The notes under the pieces are model-generated. The model saw only the letters and a list, made by a program, of their open reading frames with translations. It was not told the DNA's origin and made no database searches. This document shows positions 1 to 8,594 of a stretch of DNA of 54,445 bases, one piece after another; positions within the stretch are counted from its first letter, which is position 1, and each line of letters begins with the position of its first letter. The DNA is from Thermoplasmatota archaeon (GTDB lineage Archaea > Thermoplasmatota > Thermoplasmata > UBA10834), in the NCBI GenBank assembly GCA_022848805.1, contig JAJISI010000001.1:1-54445 (forward strand), in the 5' to 3' direction. A program made the translations under genes and the position numbers.

Positions 1-42
1 GCGCTCTTGATACATCTTGCGCTCGGTTCGGTCTACGCGTTC
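1..42 (+). other. in-frame upstream segment of the MFS transporter ORF (first-helix signature), separated from the rest by TAG 43-45
   Basis: Frame 1 from the window edge reads ALLIHLALGSVYAF, then TAG, then ILTSPHSETLGYD and the TTG at 85. LALGSVYAF-x-IL resembles the conserved TM1 motif of OFA-family MFS proteins. Confidence 0.5.
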
Positions 43-84
43 TAGATATTAACATCTCCACACTCCGAAACGCTCGGATACGAT

Positions 85-1215
85 TTGAAGTCTTTCCAGA
101 TATTGGGGATCTTCTCAGCCGCCATCGCGGTCTTCGCGGTGACGATGATTGTCGCTGGTAGGCTACAGGACAAAAAGGGTCCCAGGACGATTGCGACGGT
201 CGGCGGGCTGGTCTACGGAGCCAGCTATGTGGTTGCAGCTTTTTCCACCGAGGACATCGCGATGATGTACCTGTCCTACGGCGTCATCGGAGGGATAGGT
301 CTCGGCCTGGGATACGTATGCCCCTTGGCTGCGGTCGTCAAGTGGTTCCCTGACAAGAGAGGCCTGGTCGCCGGGATCGCCGTCGCGGGGTTCGGCGCTG
401 GAGCGTTCGTCTTCACACAGGCCGGAAAGTGGATCATCGAGGCCTCGTCCGACGGCCTTAGCAACGCGTTCCTCTACCTCGGACTGATATTCCTGCTGAT
501 GGTCGTCGGGGGTGCGCAGCTGCTGAGAAACCCTCCCGAGGGCTGGCTACCTAAGGGGTATGTCCCGAAGACGAACGGTGGGAAGGCCAACGGGGAGTTC
601 GAGTGGCGCGACATGATCAGGACGAAGCAGTTCGTGATGCTATCCTCGATGTTTCTCCTCTCGGCGACGGCCGGTCTCATGATGATCGCCAACGTGAAGA
701 ACCTCGCCCAGTACCTGGACTCCACGGGCACCTTGCTGGTGGTTGCGCAGTTTCAGACGATCGCAGGCGTCATCGCGGTGTTCAACGGCGCGGGAAGGAT
801 ATGCTGGGGCAAGGTCTCCGACATACTGGGCCGTGCCAACACGATGAAGATAATGTTCCTCTTGCAGACATTTATCTTGTTCGCTGCGGCCGGATTCTTC
901 ATCGTTCGTCCTTCAGGCGAAATGGTGCAGTTCGCTGGCCTGACGGCTCTAGCCTCCGGGGTAGGGTTCACGTTCGGCGGCAACTTTGCCCTGTTCCCCT
1001 CCACCACGGCCGAGTACTTCGGCACGAAGAACGTGGGTATCAACTACGGCCTGGTCTTCACCGGTTACGGGGCGGCCGGCGTCGTCGGAGGGCTTATTCC
1101 GGGAATAATGGCCTCTGCTGAGAACGGTTTCGTTTGGGTCTTCGTTGCCACGGGCGTCGCCTCGTTAGTCGCGTTCTTCATGGCGGTCCTGATCCGGTCG
1201 CCAACGAAGGACTGA
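85..1215 (+). CDS. MFS transporter, oxalate/formate antiporter (OFA) family; probable formate carrier
   Basis: 376-aa ORF (TTG start in the track) with many hydrophobic helices and the OFA-type loop AGRLQDKKGPR. It is convergent with fdhA. The frame is open to the window edge apart from one TAG, so the true 5' end is probably upstream. Confidence 0.8.
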   Translation: MKSFQILGIFSAAIAVFAVTMIVAGRLQDKKGPRTIATVGGLVYGASYVVAAFSTEDIAMMYLSYGVIGGIGLGLGYVCPLAAVVKWFPDKRGLVAGIAVAGFGAGAFVFTQAGKWIIEASSDGLSNAFLYLGLIFLLMVVGGAQLLRNPPEGWLPKGYVPKTNGGKANGEFEWRDMIRTKQFVMLSSMFLLSATAGLMMIANVKNLAQYLDSTGTLLVVAQFQTIAGVIAVFNGAGRICWGKVSDILGRANTMKIMFLLQTFILFAAAGFFIVRPSGEMVQFAGLTALASGVGFTFGGNFALFPSTTAEYFGTKNVGINYGLVFTGYGAAGVVGGLIPGIMASAENGFVWVFVATGVASLVAFFMAVLIRSPTKD

Positions 1216-1281
1216 TCCAGACGCGGCACGCACGCTGACTCTAGGTGCGTCTCAAGTCAACTCGGTCGGCTCTTCCCCTGC

Positions 1282-3318
1282 CTAGGCCTTCTCGACGCTT
1301 GCAGCGCAGACCTTGAACTCCGGTATCTGCGCGATAGGATCGAGCGCGTTGTTCGTCAGCCTGTTGGCCGCGGCTTCTGCGTAGTGGAACGGGATGAAGA
1401 TCGTCCCGGGCCTTATCCAATCGGTGACCCTGGCAGCGAGCGTTATCGACCCCCTCCTGGAGGACACCCTGACGCTCTGCCCCTCCAAGACGTCCAACTG
1501 GCGGGCGTCCTCCGAGCAGATCTCCACGTAGGGTTCAGGCGATTCCCGCTGCAGCTTGACCGACCTTCTGGTCATCGAGCCCGTATGGAAATGGAACAGG
1601 TTCCTCCCCGTGGTGAGAATGAACGGGAAATCTTCGTCAGTCTCCTCCATCGGGGGCGTGTGCTCGACTATGGCGAATACTCCTTTGCCTATCTTGAACG
1701 AGCCTGCGTGAAGCACCTTCGTGCCTGGATGATCCTTTGACGGACACGGCCATCTGACGTTCTCCCGGTCGATCCTCTCATAATCGATACCTCCGTAGAT
1801 GGGTGCGACCGCTGCCAGCTCGTTCATTATGTCCGCGGGCGAATCGAACTCGAAACCGTCATTTCCGAGCATGCGACCAAGCTCGCACGCGATCCGCCAG
1901 TCCGGTCTCGCCTCACCCGGAGGGTCGACAGCCTTCCTGACGACGCGTATAGCGCGGTCCGTGGATGTGAACGTGCCGTCCTTCTCCGCGTAACATGCCG
2001 CAGGTAGGACGACATCTGCCAGCTTCGCGGTCTCTGTCGGGAATATGTCGATGACGGCGAGGAACTCTAGCTTCTGGATGGCCGCCTCGATATGGCCGAT
2101 GTCTGGGTCGGACATCATGGGGTTCTCCCCGAATATGACCATCCCCTTGACCTCTCCCGTGAACGCCTGGTTGAACGCGCACGTGAGCGTCATGCCCTTG
2201 TGTGCCTGCAGCTCTCCGTTCCAGGCTTTCTCGAACTTGGCCCTCACCTCGGCATCCTCAACGCCTTGGTAGCCCGGATACAGGTTCGGGAGAGCGCCGG
2301 CGTCGCAAGCGCCTTGGACGTTGCACTGCCCTCTCAGCGGGTTCACACCGGTGGACTCCTTGCCTACGTTGCCCGTCACCATCGCGAGGTTCGCCAGGGT
2401 GCGGACCAGGTTCGTGCCGTTGCTGTGCTGGGTGATCCCCATCGCGTATGCGATCATCGCCTTGTCCGCTGTTGCATATATCCTAGCAGCATCGACGAGA
2501 TGCTGCTTTGGTACGCCCGAGATCTCCTCGACTCTCTCGGGCGTGTAGGATTTCACGAGCTCCCGCAGCTCCTCGAAGCCGGAGGTCCTCTCCGCGACGA
2601 AATCGTGGTCGTATAGATCTTCTGAGATGATCACGTTGATCATGCCGTTTATCCAGGCTACATCGGTTCCTGGTTTCTGGCGCATGCTGATCGTCGCGAT
2701 CCTTGAGAGGGGCGTGTCGCGCGGATCGACCACTATGACTTTCGCCCCCTTCTCCATCGCCTTGAGCATCCTCGCCCCTATGAGCGGGTGCGCCTCCAGT
2801 GTGTTCGATCCCGTGACGAGCAGACAGTCCGCATCCTCGAACTCCGGTATCGTGTTGGTCATCGCGCCGCTCCCGAACGATTGGAGTAGTCCAGCGACGG
2901 TCGACGCGTGACAGAGCCTTGCGCAGTGGTCGATGTTGTTGGTCCCGATTGCGGCCCTCGCGAGCTTCTGGAATATGTAGTTCTCCTCGTTCGTGCACTT
3001 CGCGGAGGCCAGCACCATGATCGAGTCTGGCCCGTGCTCGGCGACCAGCCGCTTAATCTCGTCAACGGTCTTCTGAAGCGCCTCGTCCCAGCCCGCCTGC
3101 GTCAGCTGCTCCCCCTTTCTTATGAGCGGGTGTGTGAGCCTGTCCGGGTGGTGGACGAAGGCGTGTGCGTTGTAGCCCTTTATGCACAATTGTCCCTGGC
3201 TCGTCTCGTCCGTCTTGCAGGGTATGACTCCCACCGCCCTGCCGTCCGCTACGGTGAGGAACAGGTTGCATCCAGTGCCGCAGTACGGACACGTCGTCAG
3301 CACATGCTTAACAGACAT
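1282..3318 (-). CDS. fdhA: formate dehydrogenase catalytic (alpha) subunit, Mo/W-bis-PGD family, Cys type
   Basis: ORF 1282-3393 trimmed to ATG 3318, with GGAGGG a few nt upstream. The product starts MSVKHVLTTCPYCGTGC, the N-terminal 4Fe-4S motif of this family. The CARLCHAS active-site region has Cys, not an in-frame TGA. 678 aa. Confidence 0.85.
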   Translation of the reverse strand: MSVKHVLTTCPYCGTGCNLFLTVADGRAVGVIPCKTDETSQGQLCIKGYNAHAFVHHPDRLTHPLIRKGEQLTQAGWDEALQKTVDEIKRLVAEHGPDSIMVLASAKCTNEENYIFQKLARAAIGTNNIDHCARLCHASTVAGLLQSFGSGAMTNTIPEFEDADCLLVTGSNTLEAHPLIGARMLKAMEKGAKVIVVDPRDTPLSRIATISMRQKPGTDVAWINGMINVIISEDLYDHDFVAERTSGFEELRELVKSYTPERVEEISGVPKQHLVDAARIYATADKAMIAYAMGITQHSNGTNLVRTLANLAMVTGNVGKESTGVNPLRGQCNVQGACDAGALPNLYPGYQGVEDAEVRAKFEKAWNGELQAHKGMTLTCAFNQAFTGEVKGMVIFGENPMMSDPDIGHIEAAIQKLEFLAVIDIFPTETAKLADVVLPAACYAEKDGTFTSTDRAIRVVRKAVDPPGEARPDWRIACELGRMLGNDGFEFDSPADIMNELAAVAPIYGGIDYERIDRENVRWPCPSKDHPGTKVLHAGSFKIGKGVFAIVEHTPPMEETDEDFPFILTTGRNLFHFHTGSMTRRSVKLQRESPEPYVEICSEDARQLDVLEGQSVRVSSRRGSITLAARVTDWIRPGTIFIPFHYAEAAANRLTNNALDPIAQIPEFKVCAASVEKA

Positions 3319-4084
3319 CGTTGTCACCCTCCATTGAATCTCCGTCGAGCGTCGTAAGGAGGGGACTGGTCGTCTCGCCGTCCCCGGAGACAAACCCGAA
3401 CAACTCCTTGACGTCGCGGTTCACCATCTTTCTCAGCGCCAGGAGAGGGATGTCCGCAGGACACGCTCTCTCGCATTCCCCGCACTCGACGCACTTGTCG
3501 GCCAGATGGATCGACCGTATCAGGTGAAACGCGAAACCCGGAGGGATGCCCTTCTCAGGTGTGAATGTCTTCTCCTCGAGTAGACACTCGTCACAGAAGC
3601 AGACCGGACAGTTCGAGGTGCAGCCGAAGCACTTGTTGCACTTCCGGAACTGAGCTGTCCAGAACTCAAGCCGTTCGGATATCGACTTCGCGAGAAGGTC
3701 CTCGACCACCTTGTCCGTAGGCGAGGCCTTGACGCACTCGCCGATATGGACCTTGCTAGGACACGGATCTGAACACCTGCACTCACTGACCTGTTCAGCG
3801 TCGCATGCGAGCCCGATCAGCGAGATCTTCCCAGAGTCGAGCAGCCCTCTCTTCGACATCTCGGCGATCGCCTTCTCGTCGCATCTTCTTGCCACCACCG
3901 CGATCTTATCGCTTCCGAGGTAAGGTACGACGCGCAAGAGGATGTTCGCCATTTGATACGGCACATCGGTCCTCAGCTCTCCTGGTTCATCCCCTCTAGC
4001 AAGCAGGACGGGCGCGACGTTGCCGTGTTCGGTCCTTGCGGTTAGGAGTCGGTCCGCCTTCATCTCCTCGAAGGCTATGCGCAT
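3308..4084 (-). CDS. iron-sulfur electron-transfer subunit (AsrA/sulfhydrogenase-beta-like Cys motifs)
   Basis: 258 aa with CNKCFGCTSNCPVCFCDEC and CVECGECERACP motifs. It overlaps the fdhA start by 11 nt and lies between mvhD and fdhA. The subfamily assignment is from memory only. Confidence 0.6.
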   Translation of the reverse strand: MRIAFEEMKADRLLTARTEHGNVAPVLLARGDEPGELRTDVPYQMANILLRVVPYLGSDKIAVVARRCDEKAIAEMSKRGLLDSGKISLIGLACDAEQVSECRCSDPCPSKVHIGECVKASPTDKVVEDLLAKSISERLEFWTAQFRKCNKCFGCTSNCPVCFCDECLLEEKTFTPEKGIPPGFAFHLIRSIHLADKCVECGECERACPADIPLLALRKMVNRDVKELFGFVSGDGETTSPLLTTLDGDSMEGDNDVC

Positions 4085-4104
4085 GATATTGTCGGATTCA
4101 GCGC

Positions 4105-4524
4105 TCAGAATCTCACCTCCCTAAGCGGATTCGGGCCGAGCCCTTTGATCTCCTCTACGAACTCAGTGATCACCTGCTGGAATTTGTCACCCTCGGCTGC
4201 ACTCACCCAGTCCAGCTTCACGCGCCTTGAATCTATGCCGACCTTCTCCAATACCTTGGCGGTCAGCGGGATCCTCTTGGCTGTTCGGTGATTCCCTGTC
4301 ATGTAATGGCAGTCACCGATGTGACAGCCGAGGACGAGGACACCGTCTATCCCCTGAGAGAGCGCTTTGATGACGTATTCGGGCTTGACACTCGCGCTGC
4401 ACATCACCCTTACTACATTGACATTCGTGGGCATCTGAAGCCTGTTGACTCCCGCGAGGTCCGCACCTGCGTATGAACACCAGTTGCAGCAGAACGCGAG
4501 TATATCCGGCTTGAATTCGGTCAT
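4105..4524 (-). CDS. mvhD: MvhD-like [2Fe-2S] subunit (methyl-viologen-reducing hydrogenase delta family)
   Basis: ORF trimmed to ATG 4524, which overlaps the upstream hdrA stop (ATGA). MTEFKPDILAFCCNWCSYAGADLAG...LVLGCHIGDCHY is the MvhD/FlpD signature. 139 aa. Confidence 0.8.
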   Translation of the reverse strand: MTEFKPDILAFCCNWCSYAGADLAGVNRLQMPTNVNVVRVMCSASVKPEYVIKALSQGIDGVLVLGCHIGDCHYMTGNHRTAKRIPLTAKVLEKVGIDSRRVKLDWVSAAEGDKFQQVITEFVEEIKGLGPNPLREVRF

Positions 4525-6218
4525 CGTGACACCTCCGCTGTCGCCCGGATGAGGGCGTCTATCATGGCCCCTAGCTGTCTGCTCGAGAACCCTTTCTGTT
4601 GTATCGCGTCGTTGTGGCACGCCGCCACGCATGTACCGCAGCCCTTGCATTGCGCTTCGCTGACTCTCGCGGCCCTCCCAGATTCGGTGTCGACGATCTC
4701 AATCGCATCGTACGGGCATGAGATGACACAATTGCCGCAAGCCGCGCATTTCTCGGGATCCACCACGGCGGTGATCGCCTCTATGACTACCTTGCCCTCG
4801 CTGATGGGGATCGAGGCTTTGGCAGCTGCGGCCTGACCTTGCCATATGCACTCTCTGGCGCTGACTGGCCATCTCGCCGATCCGCACACGAACACGCCAT
4901 CGGTCGCGAACTCGACCGGTCTGAGCTTCACGTGTGCCTCAAGGAAGAAACCGTGCTTGTCACGGGGCACCTTCAGAAGCTTGCTCGTCTCGGAGGAATC
5001 TCCGGGGGAAACGATTGGCGTGGCGAGGACGACCAGGTCGGACTCGAGGTCTATCTTCTCGTCGAGTGTCTCGTCGAATACCTCGACGACGAGTTGTTCG
5101 CCCTCAGAACTGACCTCGGGCCGCTGGTCGAGGCCGTACCTGACGAACCTCACTCCTCTGTCCGAGGCTTCTCTGTACAGCTCCTCGGCGACCGTTCCGC
5201 AACTCATGATGTCTCTGTGTACGATAGTGACCGACGCGTCGGGATCGGTGTCCAAGACCCGGACAGCGTTCTTGAGCGATGCGTTGCAGCAAACCCGCGA
5301 GCAGTACTCTCTGCCCGGCTGACGGCTTCCGACGCAGTTGATTATGACAATCCTACGCGCTCCGAGCTCGCCGGAGCCGAGTATCTTCTCGAGCTCGAGC
5401 TGCGTGATGACTCCCTTCAGCTCGCCGAAGCCGTATTCCCCTTCGGGTCGGTGCTCTACCCCGCCCGTGGCTACGATCACAGCTCCTGCCTGGACGGTCT
5501 CTTCCTTCCCTCCACCCTCGATGGTCAGCTCGAAGTTACCTATGAATCCCTTCAGCTCCGTGACTTTGGAGGATAGATGGAGATGCGCCTTGGGGGATTT
5601 CTCGACGGTCTCGGTCAGGCTCCTGATGAGTTCCTGGGCGTCTACATCGTCAGGGCCTATTACTGCGATGTCTCTGAGGATGCCTCCCACCGTTGCCTCC
5701 TTCTCCACGATGTGGGTCTCGATGCCTTGGTTCAGGAGAGCAGCCGCAGCCGATAGGCCGGACAGGCCTGCGCCTATGACCACTGCCTTCGGGACGACAT
5801 CCGACTCACCCTCTTCTTGGGGTTCCAGCAGAGCGACCTTCGCCACCCCCATTGCCACCAGCTTCTTCGCCTTCTTCGTGGCCTCTTCCTTCTCCTTGGT
5901 ATGGATCCAGGAGCAGTGCTCTCTGATGTTGACGAACTCGAAAAGGTACTTGTTGATGCCTACCTGTTCGCAGGCCCTTCTGAACACTGGCTCGTGCGTC
6001 CTGGGCGTGCACGCTGCCACCACGACCCTGTCCAGCTCGTTATTCTTGATGCTCTCCTTGATCGAGGTCAGCCCCTCCTGGGAGCACGAGTAAAGGTTGC
6101 GACCGGAGTAGACCACGCCCGGCAGTCCCTTCGCGTACTCGACCACGTCCTCGACATCCACCGTGGATGCGATATTGTGGCCGCAATGGCAGATGAAGAC
6201 TCCGATTCTGACGGTCAT
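4521..6218 (-). CDS. hdrA: HdrA-like flavoprotein, long form (N-terminal HdrA domain + FAD domain + C-terminal 2x[4Fe-4S] ferredoxin domain)
   Basis: RIGVFICHCGHNIA...VVAACTPRTHEPVFR...NIREHCSWIH matches the HdrA N-terminal domain. Also present: AVVIGAGLSGLSAA (FAD), CVGSRQPGREYCSRVCC, and the C-terminal motifs CAACGNCVISCP and CKGCGTCVAAC. The ATG overlaps the stop of the upstream hdrA. Confidence 0.8.
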   Translation of the reverse strand: MTVRIGVFICHCGHNIASTVDVEDVVEYAKGLPGVVYSGRNLYSCSQEGLTSIKESIKNNELDRVVVAACTPRTHEPVFRRACEQVGINKYLFEFVNIREHCSWIHTKEKEEATKKAKKLVAMGVAKVALLEPQEEGESDVVPKAVVIGAGLSGLSAAAALLNQGIETHIVEKEATVGGILRDIAVIGPDDVDAQELIRSLTETVEKSPKAHLHLSSKVTELKGFIGNFELTIEGGGKEETVQAGAVIVATGGVEHRPEGEYGFGELKGVITQLELEKILGSGELGARRIVIINCVGSRQPGREYCSRVCCNASLKNAVRVLDTDPDASVTIVHRDIMSCGTVAEELYREASDRGVRFVRYGLDQRPEVSSEGEQLVVEVFDETLDEKIDLESDLVVLATPIVSPGDSSETSKLLKVPRDKHGFFLEAHVKLRPVEFATDGVFVCGSARWPVSARECIWQGQAAAAKASIPISEGKVVIEAITAVVDPEKCAACGNCVISCPYDAIEIVDTESGRAARVSEAQCKGCGTCVAACHNDAIQQKGFSSRQLGAMIDALIRATAEVSR

Positions 6219-7519
6219 GCTCTCCCTCCCTCAATGATCTCAGCCGCACGCGCTGCCACCGCGGACGCCTGCGAGACCGAATCGGGTATGTCGATGGGCC
6301 CGCTGGCGAATCCGCAGACGAGCACTCCGTACACCGTCGTGTCGGTAGGGTACGCCAGCTTGGGGGTGACGAAGAAGCCATCGGCGTCGAGCTCCGTGCC
6401 AAGAATCTTTGTGAGGCTGTAGTTGTCCTTTGCCGGTACTAGGGCCGGACAGAGAACCAAGAGGTCGAGCTCCTCAGTCACGGGCTCGCCCGCAAGCCCC
6501 CTCGTCTCGTAACTCATGAGCACTCCGCTCTCGCCGTTTGCCGATTGTATCATAGCGGGCCTAGTCCTCACATATCTGACGTCATAGGAGTCCTTCGCCC
6601 TCGATACGAACTCCTGGAAACCCTTCCCGGTGGCCCTCATGTCCATGTAGAATATCGTGATTTGCACGTCTGGCGCGTGCTCGCGCGCAAGTATCGCCTC
6701 CTTAGTGGCGTACATGCAACACACGCTGCTGCAGTAGCTGTGCGTCCTGGTGTCTCTCGACCCCACACACTGTACGAACCCGAGCTTCTTGGGCTCGTTC
6801 CCGTCGGATGGTCTCTGCAGGTGACCGCTGGTCGGCCCGGAAGCAGAAAGTATTCTCTCGAGCTGGAGTGAGGTGACGACATCCTTGCACACGCCAAATC
6901 CGTACTGTGGCATGGTCGACGCGTCCATCATGTCGAATCCATTCGCCACCACGATGGCCGCGGCGTCTAGTTCGATGATGTCGTCCTCCTGCTCATAATC
7001 GACGGCCTCCGCCTGACATACCTTCTTGCAGACGCCACACTTGTCCTCGGTGAGCTTCCGGCATTGGTCCTTGTCGATGGTCATCTTCATAGGGACTGCC
7101 TGAGGGAATGGGATGTAGATCGCTTTTCGGATGGTAAGTCCCTCTTCGAACTCGCTTGGCACCTTCACCGGGCATTTCGCGACGCAGTCGCCACAAGCGG
7201 TGCATCTGTCGACATCGATGTAACGCGCCTTCTCCCGTATCGCGACCTTGAAGCTCGGTGCCGCTCCCTCGACAGCTTCAAGCTCCGAGTATGTGTGGAG
7301 CACGATGTTGTCGTGGTCCGCGCACGAGATCATCTTCGGCGAGAGGATGCACATCGAGCAGTCATTCGTGGGGAAAGTCTTGTCGAGCTGGGCCATATGG
7401 CCTCCTATAGACGGGGACTTCTCGACCAGGTGGACCTCGAATCCTCTGTCGGCGAGGTCCAGAGACGCCTGTATTCCAGCGATGCCTCCACCGACGACTA
7501 CGACTTTTTTCTTCTCCAT
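6215..7519 (-). CDS. hdrA: HdrA-like flavoprotein, short form (FAD domain with inserted ferredoxin domain only)
   Basis: ORF 6215-8236 trimmed to ATG 7519, with a GAGGAGGAG SD upstream. MEKKKVVVVGGGIAGIQASLDLA...EKSPSIGGHMAQLDKTFPTNDCSMCILSPKM is canonical HdrA. Also CTACGDCVAKCP and CVGSRD..YCSSVCC. 434 aa. Confidence 0.8.
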   Translation of the reverse strand: MEKKKVVVVGGGIAGIQASLDLADRGFEVHLVEKSPSIGGHMAQLDKTFPTNDCSMCILSPKMISCADHDNIVLHTYSELEAVEGAAPSFKVAIREKARYIDVDRCTACGDCVAKCPVKVPSEFEEGLTIRKAIYIPFPQAVPMKMTIDKDQCRKLTEDKCGVCKKVCQAEAVDYEQEDDIIELDAAAIVVANGFDMMDASTMPQYGFGVCKDVVTSLQLERILSASGPTSGHLQRPSDGNEPKKLGFVQCVGSRDTRTHSYCSSVCCMYATKEAILAREHAPDVQITIFYMDMRATGKGFQEFVSRAKDSYDVRYVRTRPAMIQSANGESGVLMSYETRGLAGEPVTEELDLLVLCPALVPAKDNYSLTKILGTELDADGFFVTPKLAYPTDTTVYGVLVCGFASGPIDIPDSVSQASAVAARAAEIIEGGRA

Positions 7520-7780
7520 TCGATCCCCTCTTCTCCTCCTCAGTTGACATCGCGACCGGCCATCCGAAAGACAGGGCGTTTCCAGGGTTCGATGCTGGCC
7601 CTGTGACGACTGCCCGCGGAATAACGGTTTGGCGGACGATATCACAGCTTCATAATTAAGACTTCCGAGAAACACCATCCAGTTGCGGGCGTTCGCGGCC
7701 GGGCGGCTCCAAATCATCGTCGCTCTTAGCCAAAAGATATATTGTTGTTCCTGGTATTCCCGAACTGTCGGAGGCATCGA

Positions 7781-8497
7781 TTGCTCAGAGAATGCAGCGA
7801 ACACGGTTTCTTCAGGGCAGAGTATTGCCCTGTTTGCGGAGATGAAGGCAGATTCCTGATGAATACGGAGGAACTTGACAGGATGAGCAGGACACTGGCT
7901 GGAGTTCTCAGGCATTTTCCTGAGAGGTTCGACCTCGAGGTCGACAAGTACGGGTACGTCGACCTCCACGCGTTCGTTCATGCAGTCCAGGCGAAGCAGA
8001 GAAGATACCACTGGCTCAGGCCCCATCACGTCCTGGCAATCATTGAGACGGACAACAAGGGAAGGTACGAGCACAAGGACGGCAAGATACGTGCGACCTA
8101 CGCGCACTCCTTCGATGTGGCTCTCGACCCGAGCGATGTGGGGACCCCCGACGCACTGTACTATCCCGCGACCGAGGAAGAGGTCGACATCATCCTGGAG
8201 ACTGGCATCAAGCCATCGGATAGGAAACGTGTACATCTGAGCAAGACTATCGGCGACGCTGCCAACGCGGGCAGGGTACGAACAGACTCGCCGGTCATAT
8301 TGGAGGTCGATGTGCGCCTCGCGGGCGACGACGGCGTGGTCATTCAGAAGGCTGGCAAGACCGTGTACCTTGCAGAGGAGATCGCACCTAAGTATCTGAA
8401 GAAGATAGAGGTCGACCTGTCGGAGTACCCATCGGACAGGCCCGTCGAGGAGAACGAGGGCTCAGAGGCTAAGGACGACGAGAAGCAGCCGGAATAG
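7781..8497 (+). CDS. kptA: RNA 2'-phosphotransferase (Tpt1/KptA) with N-terminal zinc ribbon
   Basis: TTG 7781 lies 6 nt after GGAGG (7770-7774). The track start at 7742 sits inside a TATA-like AAAAGATATATTG. The product has CSEHGFF..YCPVCG followed by LSRTLAGVLRH.PERF, the KptA signature. Confidence 0.75.
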   Translation: MLRECSEHGFFRAEYCPVCGDEGRFLMNTEELDRMSRTLAGVLRHFPERFDLEVDKYGYVDLHAFVHAVQAKQRRYHWLRPHHVLAIIETDNKGRYEHKDGKIRATYAHSFDVALDPSDVGTPDALYYPATEEEVDIILETGIKPSDRKRVHLSKTIGDAANAGRVRTDSPVILEVDVRLAGDDGVVIQKAGKTVYLAEEIAPKYLKKIEVDLSEYPSDRPVEENEGSEAKDDEKQPE

Positions 8498-8594
8498 GGC
8501 CACCCACTGGCGCCATGGAGCGCCGTCTCTGTCGTTTCACTTTCGCCGCCGTCTGGTAAATGGTTATTACCTCCTCCGGGATCTTAATGAGTGT

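Noticed and set aside
43-45. Pyrrolysine (genetic-code) explanation for the in-frame TAG in the MFS transporter
   Set aside because: TAG is the normal terminator of many well-delimited genes in this window: fdhA, kptA, uppS, hdrD-like, nuoB, nuoK, menA, the polyprenyl synthase, ubiE, nob1, smc and others. No pyl genes and no methylamine methyltransferase genes are present here. A one-step TCG to TAG nonsense change or a sequence error is more parsimonious. I keep this only as a minor alternative to be checked genome-wide.
1282-3318. Selenocysteine-containing formate dehydrogenase
   Set aside because: The ORF is continuous through the active-site region (CARLCHAS), with Cys at the position that would be an in-frame TGA in Sec enzymes.
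3319-3393. Upstream extensions of several track ORFs: fdhA to 3393, mvhD to 4650, nuoA from 16519, nuoB from 16866, nuoC from 17351, nuoI from 20222, ubiE from 28909, thiI to 32122, glmM to 46059, nucleotidyltransferase to 48783, scpB to 49685, scpA to 50608
   Set aside because: In each case the extension overlaps the preceding gene or a promoter-like element. It is Arg/Pro/Ser-rich with no family similarity. An internal ATG, GTG or TTG placed at a stop-start overlap or behind an SD or TATA box gives the family-typical N-terminus.
7520-8236. Long N-terminal extension of track ORF 6215-8236 (673 aa)
   Set aside because: The extension has no HdrA similarity and runs antisense through the kptA gene and the divergent promoter region. 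A perfect HdrA N-terminus (MEKKKVVVVGGG) with a strong SD starts at 7519.
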